From assembly GCF_001194135.2 (NCBI RefSeq), contig NC_068988.1, positions 96,720,657 to 96,754,367 of the forward strand: a stretch of 33,711 nt of DNA, written 5' to 3'. Every line of letters begins with the position of its first letter. Within the stretch, counting starts at the first letter, position 1. The translations under genes were made by a program, and so were the position numbers. Source of the DNA: Octopus bimaculoides. Lineage: Eukaryota. Positions 12,207 to 24,140 of this stretch are shown in pieces. The notes under the pieces were generated by a model. The model did no database searches. It saw nothing but the letters and a program-made list of their open reading frames with translations, and was not told the origin of the DNA.

Positions 12207-12365
12207 TTAGCACCACACATGCATATGTATTAGCACCACACACACACACACACACATATACATTAACACCACACACACGTACATTATCACTACATACACA
12301 CATGTACATTAGCACCACACACACACACCATTATACATTAGCACCACACACACACACGCACACAC
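12121..12365. repeat. Composite minisatellite: CATTAGCAC anchor plus variable (CA)n spacer
   Basis: Seven CATTAGCAC-like anchors (variants TATTAGCAC, CATTAACAC, CATTATCAC) separated by CA runs of differing length. Confidence 0.9.
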
Positions 12366-12459
12366 AGAGTTTACTCGATACAGAAATTGTTACATAAGTT
12401 ACGTACTCATATTAATAACAATTTCGTGCGTAAATATAAATCAGACAATAAAGCAAAAA

Positions 12460-12572
12460 ACAGTCGATTATGTCGATTCCTGTACTTTATTGGTAATATA
12501 TTATTATCGACCCGGTCTCTGGAAGAAAACAAAAGCAAAAGAGTTGACTTGGGTGGAGCTTGATCTCGAAGC
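12460..12572 (-). mobile_element. Diverged family-B SINE fragment
   Basis: GTCGATTATGTCGATTCCTGTAC...TGGTAATATATTATTATCGACCC...AAAGAGTTGACTTGGGTGGAGCTTGATCTC is a degenerate reverse complement of the family-B body. Confidence 0.6.
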
Positions 12573-13102
12573 AAGTGTAATTAAAACAACATAGTTGTTG
12601 ATTTTCGGTCGAGGCTCCCACGGTTCTACGATTCTACCAATTGACCGCGTCATCCAAATGGCAACAGGCATTAATAGCTTTTAGCGGTTCTAACTATGCC
12701 GTGAATGTCACACTAACTCAACCTATATTTTGTAATATGCACAAGGAGAATAAAATGCGTAAACTCGTTGATACTTGATGACTTTCACAGTCTCATGAGC
12801 AACAACATCACATCAAACAATAGAAAGCATGTAACGAAAATAATTCGCTAACGTTTTACTCCTCTTTAGTCACTCGTCTGTTCTCATTGTCATGTCAGCT
12901 TCGAAAGGTTTCAGTGAAACCCGGAGCAGTTGAAATTCGTATTAGCATGAAACCATTCAAGTGTTGTTCTAGAAAGTTGACTTACTTGAGATCACAGCTA
13001 GACGTACTTTTCTGTTAAATAGGTAATCACTTTGTTACGTGACCTACAACACTACAAAATGCCACTGCCGTTTCACTAACATGTTGACCTAGACATACTG
13101 AA

Positions 13103-13171
<69 letters not shown>
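13103..13171. repeat. (AAT)n microsatellite, about 23 units
   Basis: Direct reading. Confidence 0.97.
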
Positions 13172-13359
13172 TGTGACATTTCGTTTTTGGGAATTGCTTC
13201 GAAAATTCATCAGTCATCTGTCTGAAGATTACATGGAACACGGATGGGAATAAAATAGAATCCTTGTGAATATATGCAAGCACGTGCAAGTGCGCGCGTA
13301 CAAACACAAGCATTCGCGTATGCGTGTGGATGTGCTTGAGTATACACACACACACACAC

Positions 13360-13398
<39 letters not shown>

Positions 13399-13467
13399 AA
13401 TGTGTATGTGAATATACATATATTTGTATGTATACACACACAGATACATATATACATATATATACAT

Positions 13468-13585
13468 ACGACGAGCTTCTTCCGGTTTCCGAGGCTATAG
13501 CAGAAGACACTTGCACGCAGTAGGACTGAACCCGGAACCATATGGCTGAGAAGCAACCTTCTTACCACACAGTCACTCCTGCGCC
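13468..13585 (-). mobile_element. Family-A SINE head with internal deletions
   Basis: ACGACGAGCTTCTTCCGGTTTCC...GAAGACACTTGC...GACTGAACCCGGAACCATATGGCTGAGAAGCAACCTTCTTACCACACAG matches 17687-17842. Confidence 0.82.
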
Positions 13586-14050
13586 AATTATATAATTGAT
13601 CTGATCTCTCCTCGTTCCGTAAGATTTTTATCTGATGTCTCCATGCACAACATTTCTGATTGTTTCTTTCTGTCACACGAAATTTGTTTGCAATTGACCT
13701 CATTGATTTTCCTGGATTGTCTTCACTGTTTTGCTTAACTTTCTGAATAAATTCAGGTGTCCTGACGAAATCAGAGCGTTTCGAATGTTTTTAACATTTT
13801 GATACAGGTAACACTCTTCCACCTTCTTACTCTAACTTACACCGAATCTTGCAGACAAAAGATCTTGCAACTTTCAGAAAACGAGAAATTTCTTAATCAT
13901 TATGCTTAGCCTTCAAAGCCACAATTACAGCATTCCTTTCAATTCCATTAGCAAGCATAGGGCCTCGCATTGGAATTTTTTGATATAGAAGTTCAATAAA
14001 GATTAGTCAAATAATGACTAAAAGTGCATGTGTCCTCAAATACTATCCTC

Positions 14051-14084
<34 letters not shown>

Positions 14085-14662
14085 TGGGAAAAAAAAGTAA
14101 AAGACAAGCAATATTATAATAATACTCGAACCATATTCATAAAGGTGACAAGAAAGAAATATAGAGAAATATATTACTTAAATATAATCTATAAAATAAA
14201 AATAATAATAATAATAATAACCAAGAAACAAACCACCTTCATGCAATTTGGCCATCAACAATTGGAAATCCGAATCCTAAAAGCTAAAACAATTCATCCT
14301 GATTTCAATGAGTTTGTTGGGTAAATTCCAATTTATTTTCCTTGCTAGAAGATTATGTAAAATCTTCAGTATTTGGTACCGTAACCAGTAGAAAATAAAA
14401 TATATGAAATATCTGGCGGTGACTATATATCACCATCGCAGTGTAGTGAAATGGAGACCTGTGGGAAAAAATAATAGAAACCTTCTTGGAATATGATATT
14501 TCTTTAAGCGTTTCTCCCTTTTCCCTGCAGAAAATGTGCACTTCTTTGCCTCTTTCGCACTTGTTGCTTTCCTTGATGCTTCTATGTGTATACACTCATA
14601 CACATATATATGTATATAGACGCGCATATACACATACCACACACAAATCCATTTATAGATAG

Positions 14663-14697
<35 letters not shown>

Positions 14698-14763
14698 TAG
14701 AATGAAAAAGTGGGAGTGAGAGAAAGTGAGAGAGAGAGAGTGAGAGAGATAGAATGAGAGAAT

Positions 14764-14810
<47 letters not shown>

Positions 14811-15256
14811 ATGCATATCTGATAAATATGACCTCAATGAACTCGTATTGTCAAGTCGAAATGTATGTATACACATATATAGATATGCCTGCTTATATTT
14901 ATGTATATTTATGCATATATTTGTAATGTTTGTGTGTTTTGTGTTTGTTTGTGTGTGTTTGTATGTGTGTATAAACTAAAACACGCATTTATTTCTTAAC
15001 ATTATATATCCTGAGTACCAAAGCGGGTTTCAAATTGGGCGCAGGACAGTCGACATGTTTTTTTTTTCCATTAAGACCAGTTCATGGCATGACTCGACAT
15101 TATGATAAGATACTTTACATAGTATTTGTAGCTTTATAGAGCTAGAAAACCCATCTAATACTCTGTCCAGAGAGGCGTTCTAGGAAGTTACATCAAATGT
15201 GCGTATTCCAAATAGGATAAATAAAATCAGCATCTTTTTTCCTTTCTTTCTTTTCT

Positions 15257-15292
15257 TCTTTGTTTCATTCTTTGTTTCATTCTTTGTTTCAT
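15257..15292. repeat. 12-bp tandem repeat (TCTTTGTTTCAT)x3
   Basis: Three perfect copies read directly from the sequence. Confidence 0.9.
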
Positions 15293-16250
15293 TCTTTCTT
15301 TCTATTTTTGTTTTCAAGCTGGCTTGATGGCAACTATAATTTTTAATAATCAACGTTTTGATCCTCTTTTTGTTTGAAAGACGCTTAAACAAGATTGTCT
15401 TCTTTCTGATGTTGAAGTATGCTTTTTAGATGATTGTGATGTTAGTATAAATGTCCAATTTCGCTGGAACTCAGATATGAGTTCAATACAAAAATAAAAA
15501 CTCGGCTTCCATGAACACATGAGTTATATTCTGCGGATCACTGAGCGGATCAAATGCAGAATATAACTATGTTTCCTCATTTAAATCGATGATAACCTAA
15601 CCTTGACCCTCAATCTATTTTGCTAACTAAACTCTACCGTACCATCTCAGGTATATACAGACAATTGTTTTCTTTTGCAACTTCTGTTGTATTAAAGAAT
15701 ATTCTTCATAAAAGTTCTACAGGTGGGGTAGAGATGATCCCTCGATAGTCAACATGAAGAGACTTAAAAGAACATGTCACCATACCAAACAAAATCATTC
15801 TGCCAAAATGTACAAATGATAATACTCGTATTATCAACGCAGCAGACTTTTTCCGCGAAGAGAAAGTGAACGACAGGGAACATGACGAGCACAAACAGTA
15901 ACAGACCACCACCACTACGCGGCCATATTGCAACCGCTTAGGATAAGAACAAGTGGGGAATATAAAATAGGAAAATCATACATGCACACATACAAACCTA
16001 TATACTAACATATTCGTATGTGATGTTTGTGTGTGTGTGAGTGTGAATGCGTGCATCTGTATGTATGTGTGCGCGCGTGTGTGTTTGTATGTGTGAAAGG
16101 GGTGGTTCTTGTGAGTGTAAATATGCGTATCTGTTTTGGAAAAGCAAAATATAAATTTGGAGATGAGCAAAAAGTGTATATTTTTTTAACAAAAACAAAA
16201 TGAAATGGGTAGGAAATTATATGAAATATATATATATATAAATATATATA

Positions 16251-16366
16251 TTTAGCGGTTCAGAAACAGAGACCGATAGAATAAGTATTAAACTGGGGTC
16301 GATTTGTTCGAAAAAAAGGCGGTGCTCCAGCATGGCCGCAGTCAAATGACTGGACCAAGTAAAAGA

Positions 16367-16368
<2 letters not shown>
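16251..16368 (+). mobile_element. Family-A SINE tail (orphan)
   Basis: TTAGCGGTTCAG...GAGACCGATAGAATAAGT...CTGGGGTCGATTTGTTCG...AGGCGGTGCTCCAGCATGGCCGCAGTCAAATGACTGG...AAGTAAAAGAAT equals the tail of the 32404 copy. Confidence 0.85.
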
Positions 16369-16404
<36 letters not shown>

Positions 16405-16821
16405 TGTGTGTATATATATATAAATGTACTTATATAAGTATTTAAATATATGTGTACATATATATATATGAGTGTGTATATATGTATATAAATATATATG
16501 CGTGTGTGTTTATATATGTGTGTGTGTGTATGTGTATGTGTTAGTGTGTGTGTGTATGTGTGTATAAGTATGAGTATTGTGCTTGTGAGAACCAGAGAGG
16601 AATCAAACGTTTAAACCTACATAAGTATTCATTCAACAGGATTTCTCTGACCTTTCTTCAGATGTCACAGTAATGATGTACTTACAGCTCCACACAAATA
16701 CGTTTGTTGGTCAATTGGACCGGATTCCATTTCAAATCTCATAAAAACACAATTATAATCTTTAAAAGCAAGGTTCAAAAGCGCTTTAATAGGCTGTCAT
16801 TGATACCTACCGTTCTCACAG

Positions 16822-16879
16822 GTGTTAACTGTCGGCCTGCTTATCGCCAAATTTCCGAAGATAACAAACCATAAAAATG
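16822..16879 (+). CDS. Candidate 58-nt exon (VLTVGLLIAKFPKITNHKN, or a 5'UTR exon ending in ATG)
   Basis: cctaccgttctcacag|GTGTTA...CATAAAAATG|gtgagt: good acceptor and consensus donor; only one frame is open. Confidence 0.38.
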
Positions 16880-17410
16880 GTGAGTATACAGGCCAGCGAA
16901 ACTGTTTCTATGCGGTCAATAAACCTGCTAGAAATAACAGGCAATATGGATGAATATATCATATAGAAATTAGCTTAAGTGAAATAACTGATAGTGGCCA
17001 GTATTTGAAGAACATAGAGAGACAAAGGTTTATCAAATACCACAACAACAAAAAGTCTTGATTTTTTCCTCTCAAGGATGTGTTACAATTACCAAATGGC
17101 AATTAAGTAAAACTCAACTTTAGAAGAGGAAATAATCTCAAGAATCAAGAATCCTCCAAAGTTGACATGTCATTGTGGAAAATGACAGCTTTACCGTCTG
17201 CCGTTAAGAGAGTAGAAGTGAAAACGTATTTCTGTTTCTATATACGTGGTCAGCACGAAGATTATTCTGCCTTCTCTCCAGTAGACAAGAGACTTGTACA
17301 AATTAAGTGTCGAACACATTTGTGGCCGAAGGAATCTGCATAATTTATTTTAAAATGAGTTAAAAGACTTCCCATTAGCTACTGGCGATAAAGTAGGGGC
17401 AATCGTCACG

Positions 17411-17436
17411 CTGATGATGGCTCTTGAGTCAGAAAC
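17411..17436 (+). ncRNA. Hammerhead-ribozyme-like catalytic core (probably degenerate)
   Basis: CTGATGA (17411-17417), stem II TGGCT-CTTG-AGTCA (5 bp including one G.U, tetraloop), then GAAAC (17432-17436). Stems I and III are not intact in cis. Confidence 0.5.
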
Positions 17437-17686
17437 ATTTGAGCAAGACTTATCTTCAGGCAATAACCGTGTCTCCTTCCTTAACGTCATGAAAACTTGG
17501 GAGAAATCTTAGAACTTGAGATTATGTCTCCTTCTCAGATGGATCTAGTCTTCATTGAACGACAACCAAAAAAAAACAAAAAAAAAAAAAACGCCGATTA
17601 ATAAAGCTTTGTTTGAGCCGAGATATGTGCATCTGAATTTAAAGGTTAAAAACTGCAAGAACTTTCTTGTCAACCTAATATATATT

Positions 17687-17842
17687 TACGACGAGCTTCT
17701 TTCGGTTTCCACCTACTAAATCCACTCACAAGACTTTGCTCGGCCCGATGATAAAGTAGAAGACACTTGCCCAAGGTGCTACGCAGAGGGACCGACCCCG
17801 GAACCATGTGGTTGGGAAGCAAACTTCTAACCACACAGCCAT
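17687..17842 (-). mobile_element. Family-A SINE head
   Basis: Reverse complement GGCTGTGTGGTTAGAAGTTTGCTTCCCAACCACATGGTTCCGGGGTCGGTCCC...CACCTTGGGCAAGTGTCTTCTAC...TTGTGAGTGGATTTAGTAGGTGGAAACC. Confidence 0.88.
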
Positions 17843-17844
17843 AA

Positions 17845-18090
<246 letters not shown>

Positions 18091-18726
18091 ACGTTAATAT
18101 ATAATGTATGTATGCTATATGTGTGTGTTGTAGCTTTGTCTATTCTTATTTACGCGAATTGTCCAATCTTTCTTCTCGCCAAAAGTACAAAACATCTGTG
18201 TTTTCCTGTTGTTTTTCTCAACTCTGCTGATATCTATTTTGCTTTTTGTGGCCTTGACTGTGAAGTTCTAATCTAATTCCGGGTCTGCAATGTTATCTTT
18301 AGAAACGGTCAACCATTACCAGTTAACTGCTTACTGAAGAGTGTAGTCTTCTGATGCATACATTGGTAGACGTTTATTATATTTGCTGATCGCTTTACCT
18401 CTGCCGTGTATATTTATTGGTTCCCTCTAAGATAGAGTTGTTTCATCAGGTCATCGTTGATGCTTTACCAGCTGCCTGCTATCAGTCCACATTTGATGGT
18501 GGATTACTTAAGTCAATAAAATGCGTTATCTGTGTTGAGCGAAAGATAAGCTACAGTACAGCCTTTGTTACTACGTTATCCGTGGGATTGGCTAAATCAC
18601 ACGGAAAGAAGAGTGACATTTAAATAAATGGCTCTATATTGAGATTTTGAAACATTACGTAACTAAATTTAAAATATTTTTGCGCTGAAGAAAGCCAACA
18701 TCTATATATATATATGTGTGTATGTT

Positions 18727-18787
<61 letters not shown>

Positions 18788-18990
18788 GCGGTGAGCTGGC
18801 AGAATTGTTTCTATGCCGGACAAAATGCTGAGCGGCATTTCGCCCGTCTTTACGTTCTAAGTCCAAATTCCACTGAAATCGACTTTGCATTTTATCCTTT
18901 CGGGGTCGATAAAAAAAGTACCAGTTGTGTACTGGGGTCGATGTAATCGACTTACCCCTCCCCCAAAATTGCTAGGTTTTATTAAAATTT
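18788..18990 (+). mobile_element. tRNA-derived SINE (family B)
   Basis: GCGGTGAGCTGGCAGAATTG...TTACGTTCTAAGTCCAAATTCC...CCTTTCGGGGTCGATAAAAAAAGTACCAGTTGTGTACTGGGGTCGATGTAATCGAC aligns along its length with 27923-28134. Confidence 0.88.
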
Positions 18991-19011
18991 GAAACCGATA
19001 TAAATAATAAT

Positions 19012-19045
<34 letters not shown>

Positions 19046-19076
19046 GTGTGTGTGTGTGTATGTGTGTGTGTGTATG

Positions 19077-19108
<32 letters not shown>

Positions 19109-19759
19109 TGTATGTATGTATGTATCTATCTATCTATCTATCTATATATATATATATATATATATACACACCCATAAGCATGCGTGTGCTTGTATGTGTC
19201 GCTTGCGTATCCGTGTATGTGCTTTTGTCTGTATCCGTTTTCCTGCTGGAATATTTGACGCTACATTGCCACTTAAAACTGGTTCTGTATCAAAACTGTA
19301 ACTTCTCCATTCGATAAATATAATGCATGAAATAAATTTCAGTTTAAAATCACTAGAAAGAGGAATATGAAAACACACCCCTTCACCATCCCCATTATAA
19401 CTTACTTATTCATTCACATACTTCCAGTTTCTCCGTACTCCTCTGTCTGTCTTTGACCATCACATCATCTCTATCTATCTACTAATTTATCTATCTCCTC
19501 TTTTCTTTCTCGATATCCTTTGCCTCATTATATACGGATGAGTGACTTTAAACTGTCCAATCCGGCACGGTCGTCTCTCATCTCGACTTTTATCTTCATG
19601 GACTTTTTCAGTCGAGGAATGGAAAGTATTTCGGTGCGTGTTTCATAAATACATTTTTGACGATTTTATTGCATTCTTTTTAAACGCAAACACATACAGA
19701 CACGCAAGCATAGCACATTATATTCACATTAAATCTGCACAAACATACAAACATATATG

Positions 19760-19764
19760 CGTGC

Positions 19765-19796
<32 letters not shown>

Positions 19797-19915
19797 TATA
19801 CACACAGAGAGACATACATACAACCATATATATGTATGTATGTTTGTATGTATATGTATATATATGTATATATTTGTATATGTGTGTGTGTATGTATGTT
19901 TGTATGTTTGCATGT

Positions 19916-19995
<80 letters not shown>
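19760..19995. repeat. (TACA)n/(TA)n/(CA)n compound microsatellite
   Basis: Direct reading. Confidence 0.95.
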
Positions 19996-19996
<1 letters not shown>

Positions 19997-20359
19997 TTTA
20001 TGCGCGTGTCCGTGTTTGTATGAGTATGCCTGTTTGCGCTTTAAATGGCTACCACAAGACAGGTGTTTCTGAATATTTTCACTATAAATCTTAAAGTATT
20101 GTTGACTCTATTTAACGTGTCTTTATGTATATATGATTGCATCAATGTATGTTAACGCATTTCTGTTTATGCATTCATATGTAATTATTTATCTTGCTCC
20201 CAATTGTTTTTCTGGGGTGAAATGGCTAATATATTGAACGCTACTTCTACAAGATTCATTGGTTCAAGCTTGTTGCTGGCATTTTTGCGATCTTATTCTC
20301 TGATTGTCATGATTCTAACCATCTTGCTGTCACGGTTTAATGCTCAATGTCCTGCAACA

Positions 20360-20450
20360 GGTGTCGTCGCACAACCTGCTAGAAATAGCAAACAACTCCC
20401 TCTTAGATCAAAATTTTACTGTCTTTAGTAAGAAAAGGACAATATTTTCT
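20360..20450 (+). mobile_element. Fragment of the CTGCTAGAAATAGC repeat family
   Basis: CAACCTGCTAGAAATAGCAAACAACTCCCTCTTAGATCA...CTGTCTTTAGTAAGAAAAGGACA parallels 23945-24140. Confidence 0.55.
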
Positions 20451-21014
20451 AATTGTATTACTTTATCCCAAATGTTCTTTTTATATGCGGCACTGAGCTT
20501 CATTGGCAGATTTTCTGTGGCAACTCAAATCTGATAAGATATGCATTCCGTCTATCAACTAATCAAATACACACTATATATATATATATATATATNNNNN
20601 NNNNNNNNNNNNNNNNNNNNNNNNNNNNNNNNNNNNNNNNNNNNNNNNNNNNNNNNNNNNNNNNNNNNNNNNNNNNNNNNNNNNNNNNNNNNNNNNNNNN
20701 NNNNNNNNNNNNNNNNNNNNNNNNNNNNNNNNNNNNNNNNNNNNNNNNNNNNNNNNNNNNNNNNNNNNNNNNNNNNNNNNNNNNNNNNNNNNNNNNNNNN
20801 NNNNNNNNNNNNNNNNNNNNNNNNNNNNNNNNNNNNNNNNNNNNNNNNNNNNNNNNNNNNNNNNNNNNNNNNNNNNNNNNNNNNNNNNNNNNNNNNNNNN
20901 NNNNNNNNNNNNNNNNNNNNNNNNNNNNNNNNNNNNNNNNNNNNNNNNNNNNNNNNNNNNNNNNNNNNNNNNNNNNNNNNNNNNNNNNNNNNNNNNNNNN
21001 NNNNNNNNNNNNNN

Positions 21015-21046
<32 letters not shown>

Positions 21047-21508
21047 TATATTCAGAGTACTTATTATTATTTTGAGGCATGTATAGTTTCCATAAAAGGT
21101 GCTGTGATAGTTAAAAAAGTGATGATCAAGTATGTGGAAAATGTTGTTCTTCGGCAACCCTCTGGTCTCAAGAAATACTGGAAAGGAGGGATTTTAGTGT
21201 AAGAGAAAAGAAAGGTAAAAGCTAAAGAATATATTTTGCAAAGCGAAAGTATGATGCATGTGCCAGGGTGCATTGCACATAGTCAAGGCACTGTGCACCT
21301 CTCAAGGCAGGAACTTAGCGGCGAAAATACTTATATAGTAAGAAGAGGATGCAGAAGAAGTTAGGAAAAATGATGATAGTGATGATGATGATGATAAAAA
21401 TGGAAATACCGTTAGAAAATAATGTTGTGTACTTTTCGGCCTCAGCCTTGTATTAGAAAAGCTTTCTTGACAACTGGCTGTATGCGTGAGCGCATGTGTG
21501 TGCCCGTG

Positions 21509-21551
<43 letters not shown>

Positions 21552-22093
21552 ATTCCATCTATCAACTAATCATATAAACTGCCAGCTTTATCTTTTTCTG
21601 ATTTCTTCTTAATCTGTTTTCTTATTCCTGAGGTTTTTTTAATTTTTTCAAATATTTTCCCCTCGTTTTAGTGCTTTATTTTTCCCCAGGAAAAAAAAAT
21701 GAGATGTCCACCGAAGCATTAAAATAGATTCCACTCTTCTTCTTTAACTCGGGGCTGAGTAGAGTATTGTATCATTTTAATGGATACAAAATATAGGTTT
21801 TGTATATGTGTGTATGTATATATGTGCGTGCATGTATGTGTGTGCATATTTATGTAGTAGCGAACGGAGGAAAGTATTCATTAAAAATATTTACAGATTG
21901 TTAATTTGATTGCTGAGTCATTAACCATTTAATTATTCAGTGTAAATGAATGGTTAACTAACTAAAAGTAATGTGTAATAATTTCTCAGTTATTAAATTT
22001 ATGTGTGTGTCTGTCGGAACATACATACACTCATATGTATGTATACAAATACATGTACGTATATATATATATAAGTATATTTACATTTATATA

Positions 22094-22622
22094 TGTTCGC
22101 CTTCGCACCTCCGCATTCCACAACCTACCCATCCGTTTCCCACCACTCACAGCCCTCAAACATCTCATCTCAAACGTCTCTGCACCATATAACATTGTAG
22201 GTACAATCACGCTCTCATAAACACCTCCTTTCGCTTTCATACTCAATCTTTTATCTCTCGGGATACCTTTCATAACTCCAAGTCTCTTACTCCACTCTCT
22301 CATCTTATATCCCACCTCGTCAGTCAATCCCCTCATCCACCGTCACATGTAATCTCCGATACTTAAAACCACTCACCTCCTCTAACATCTCACCATTTAT
22401 ACTCACATCCATCCTACTAGCAATTCCATCTCTCGAACATCGCATCACCTTACTCTTAGCTGCATTCACTTTCAGTTTCCTCCCCTCGCACACTCTTCCA
22501 AACTCTACCACCAGTCTCCTCAGTTGCTCTTCCGAATCCGCCACCAGTGCTGAATCATTAGCAAACAACAACTGACTCACCTGCCATTTCTCTCCGTTTT
22601 CTCCCACCATTTCGGCTCCCTT
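22094..22622 (-). mobile_element. RTE-clade non-LTR retrotransposon fragment (C-terminal RT region), inactivated
   Basis: Two overlapping minus-strand frames: GAEMVGENGEKWQVSQLLFANDSALVADSEEQLRRLVVEFGRVCEGRKLKVNAAKSKVM...GEMLEEVSGFKY and ...KRLSMKAKGGVYESVIVPTMLYGAETFEMRCLRAVSG..RMGRLWNAEVRRR. RTE hallmarks: LFADD (here FAND), LKVN..KSKVM, LEEV..FKY, P..LYGAE, EMRCLR, N.EVR.R. Frameshift near 22320-22336. Confidence 0.93.
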
Positions 22623-22721
22623 CTAGCAGGTAGTAGGTAGTAGCAGTCCTAAAAGAATATTTTATATGAGTTCTTAGCTTTGATTGTTTAAGCAGCAGTA
22701 GTAGCCAAGAAAGGAGACAGT

Positions 22722-22795
22722 GAAGAAGAAGAAGAAGAAGAAGAAGAAGAAGAAGAAGAAGAAGAAGAAGAAGAAGAAGAAGAAGAAGAAGAAGA
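22722..22795. repeat. (GAA)n microsatellite, about 24 units
   Basis: Direct reading. Confidence 0.97.
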
Positions 22796-23373
22796 CGGAA
22801 TAATAAAAATACGGGCGTGGTATGACAGTAGTTGGTGGAATCCTCTTAAATGGTCAAGTGACCTAAAAGTGACCTGTTGTGGTTGTAATAGTTGTTATTG
22901 GAATTCTGAATAAATTCATGGGACTCTTCTGAATACATCGTTTTTAATATTTGCGTGGATATTATTCTAAGGCCCTTGTAGTAGGCATTTGTGGTCGACG
23001 CATTCAAAAGGGGTTTATATTTTGTGATAAATTATGACTTTTTGCTAATGCGTTGATTATATGTTGCTCGTCCCTAAATCTATAGAGGGGAAAAATTCGG
23101 AAGTTCTTCACCCTTTATGATGGTGTATGTTTGGAGGATTAAGTTCATTCTGTGATCCCTTTTTAGTAAGGGAATGTTCTGGAGGATGCTAAAATACATT
23201 TCATTTAATTTTTCCACAATTTAATTGTTTTTCATGCTTTACTCTAAGTTGAAAAAATTACAAAGACTGAAACCGGTGCTAAAATATTCTTCATGATAAA
23301 ATTATTTTAGCATTCTCTACCTTGACTTATTTTCCTTATACATATCAACTCGTGTGTTCCTTTTCAACCTTCT

Positions 23374-23430
<57 letters not shown>

Positions 23431-23944
23431 GATCTATGCGTGTGACTAATTAATGTATGTAACAGAAGAGAGGCTTTTTTGCAAAAAGCCTGGCTGGTGT
23501 TTAATTTTGGTTTTTTGTTACGTAATAAATAAACCTGCTTCACACTGCGAATGTAATCTGATGTCGCTGTTTAGCTCGTATTTTTGCCGAATCAAAACAA
23601 GAGGAGCTAAATAAAAAAAATATTGTTATACGTGTTAATGATAATACTAATAATATGTTGACACAGTGATAACGCGGGCATTGTAAAGAATGTAGTAACC
23701 GTGTCTTGTGCCTCATCTGTCGCTTGACAACCAGCAGGCAACTGCGATTCTTTTTCTTCTTTATAACAAATATTGCTTCAGCAGACACAACTACACGTTT
23801 CACTGTCATTCATAAAGAAACGTTTCGCTTTTCTTTTGCTTCTTTTTTCTTTCTTTGTAGCTAAACCTTTTTTAAAATTTTTATTTCATTGACTAATGAT
23901 AAGATTAATGAACATTCATCAACGATATAACCTTTAAATGGTTG

Positions 23945-24140
23945 CTCAACCGGCCAGAAATAGCAATCCAATTTCCCTCACAAACGTTTAAAAAAAGAAT
24001 GGAAACCCTGAGTAATGCACAGTCTGTAAAAAGGATGCGATGGTCATGACTGGAATGCATTTAAATATCGGTCTGATCTGCTAGAAATAGTAACCAAATA
24101 TCACTCAAATCACATTCGTTTTAAAAACAAATGGAAGGCG
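23945..24140 (+). mobile_element. Fragment of a third dispersed repeat family (CTGCTAGAAATAGC motif)
   Basis: CCAGAAATAGCAATCCAATTTCCCTCA... and GATGGTCATGACTGGAATGC...CTGCTAGAAATAGTAACCAAATATCACTCAAATCAC. The same motif recurs at 20375-20395, 16924-16940 and about 8885-8912. Confidence 0.65.

Noticed and set aside
12121-12365. Repeat-spacer array resembling CRISPR (also 7621-7717)
   Set aside because: Eukaryotic context, 9-14-bp units, low-complexity or absent spacers, no cas genes.
649-16759. Phase-compatible minus-strand exon chain 16759-16686, 13011-12986, 697-649 (YNCVFMRFEMESGPIDQQTYLCGA-KSTSSCDLN-RVYMATLLVTGDTIYY), plus 29184-29111 (FEDGSTINRIRCNHCGIVRYRFMS), all with GTAAGT donors
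   Set aside because: About ten GTAAGT hexamers per strand are expected by chance, acceptors are modest and the peptide resembles no family I recognise. Not excluded; RNA-seq would decide.
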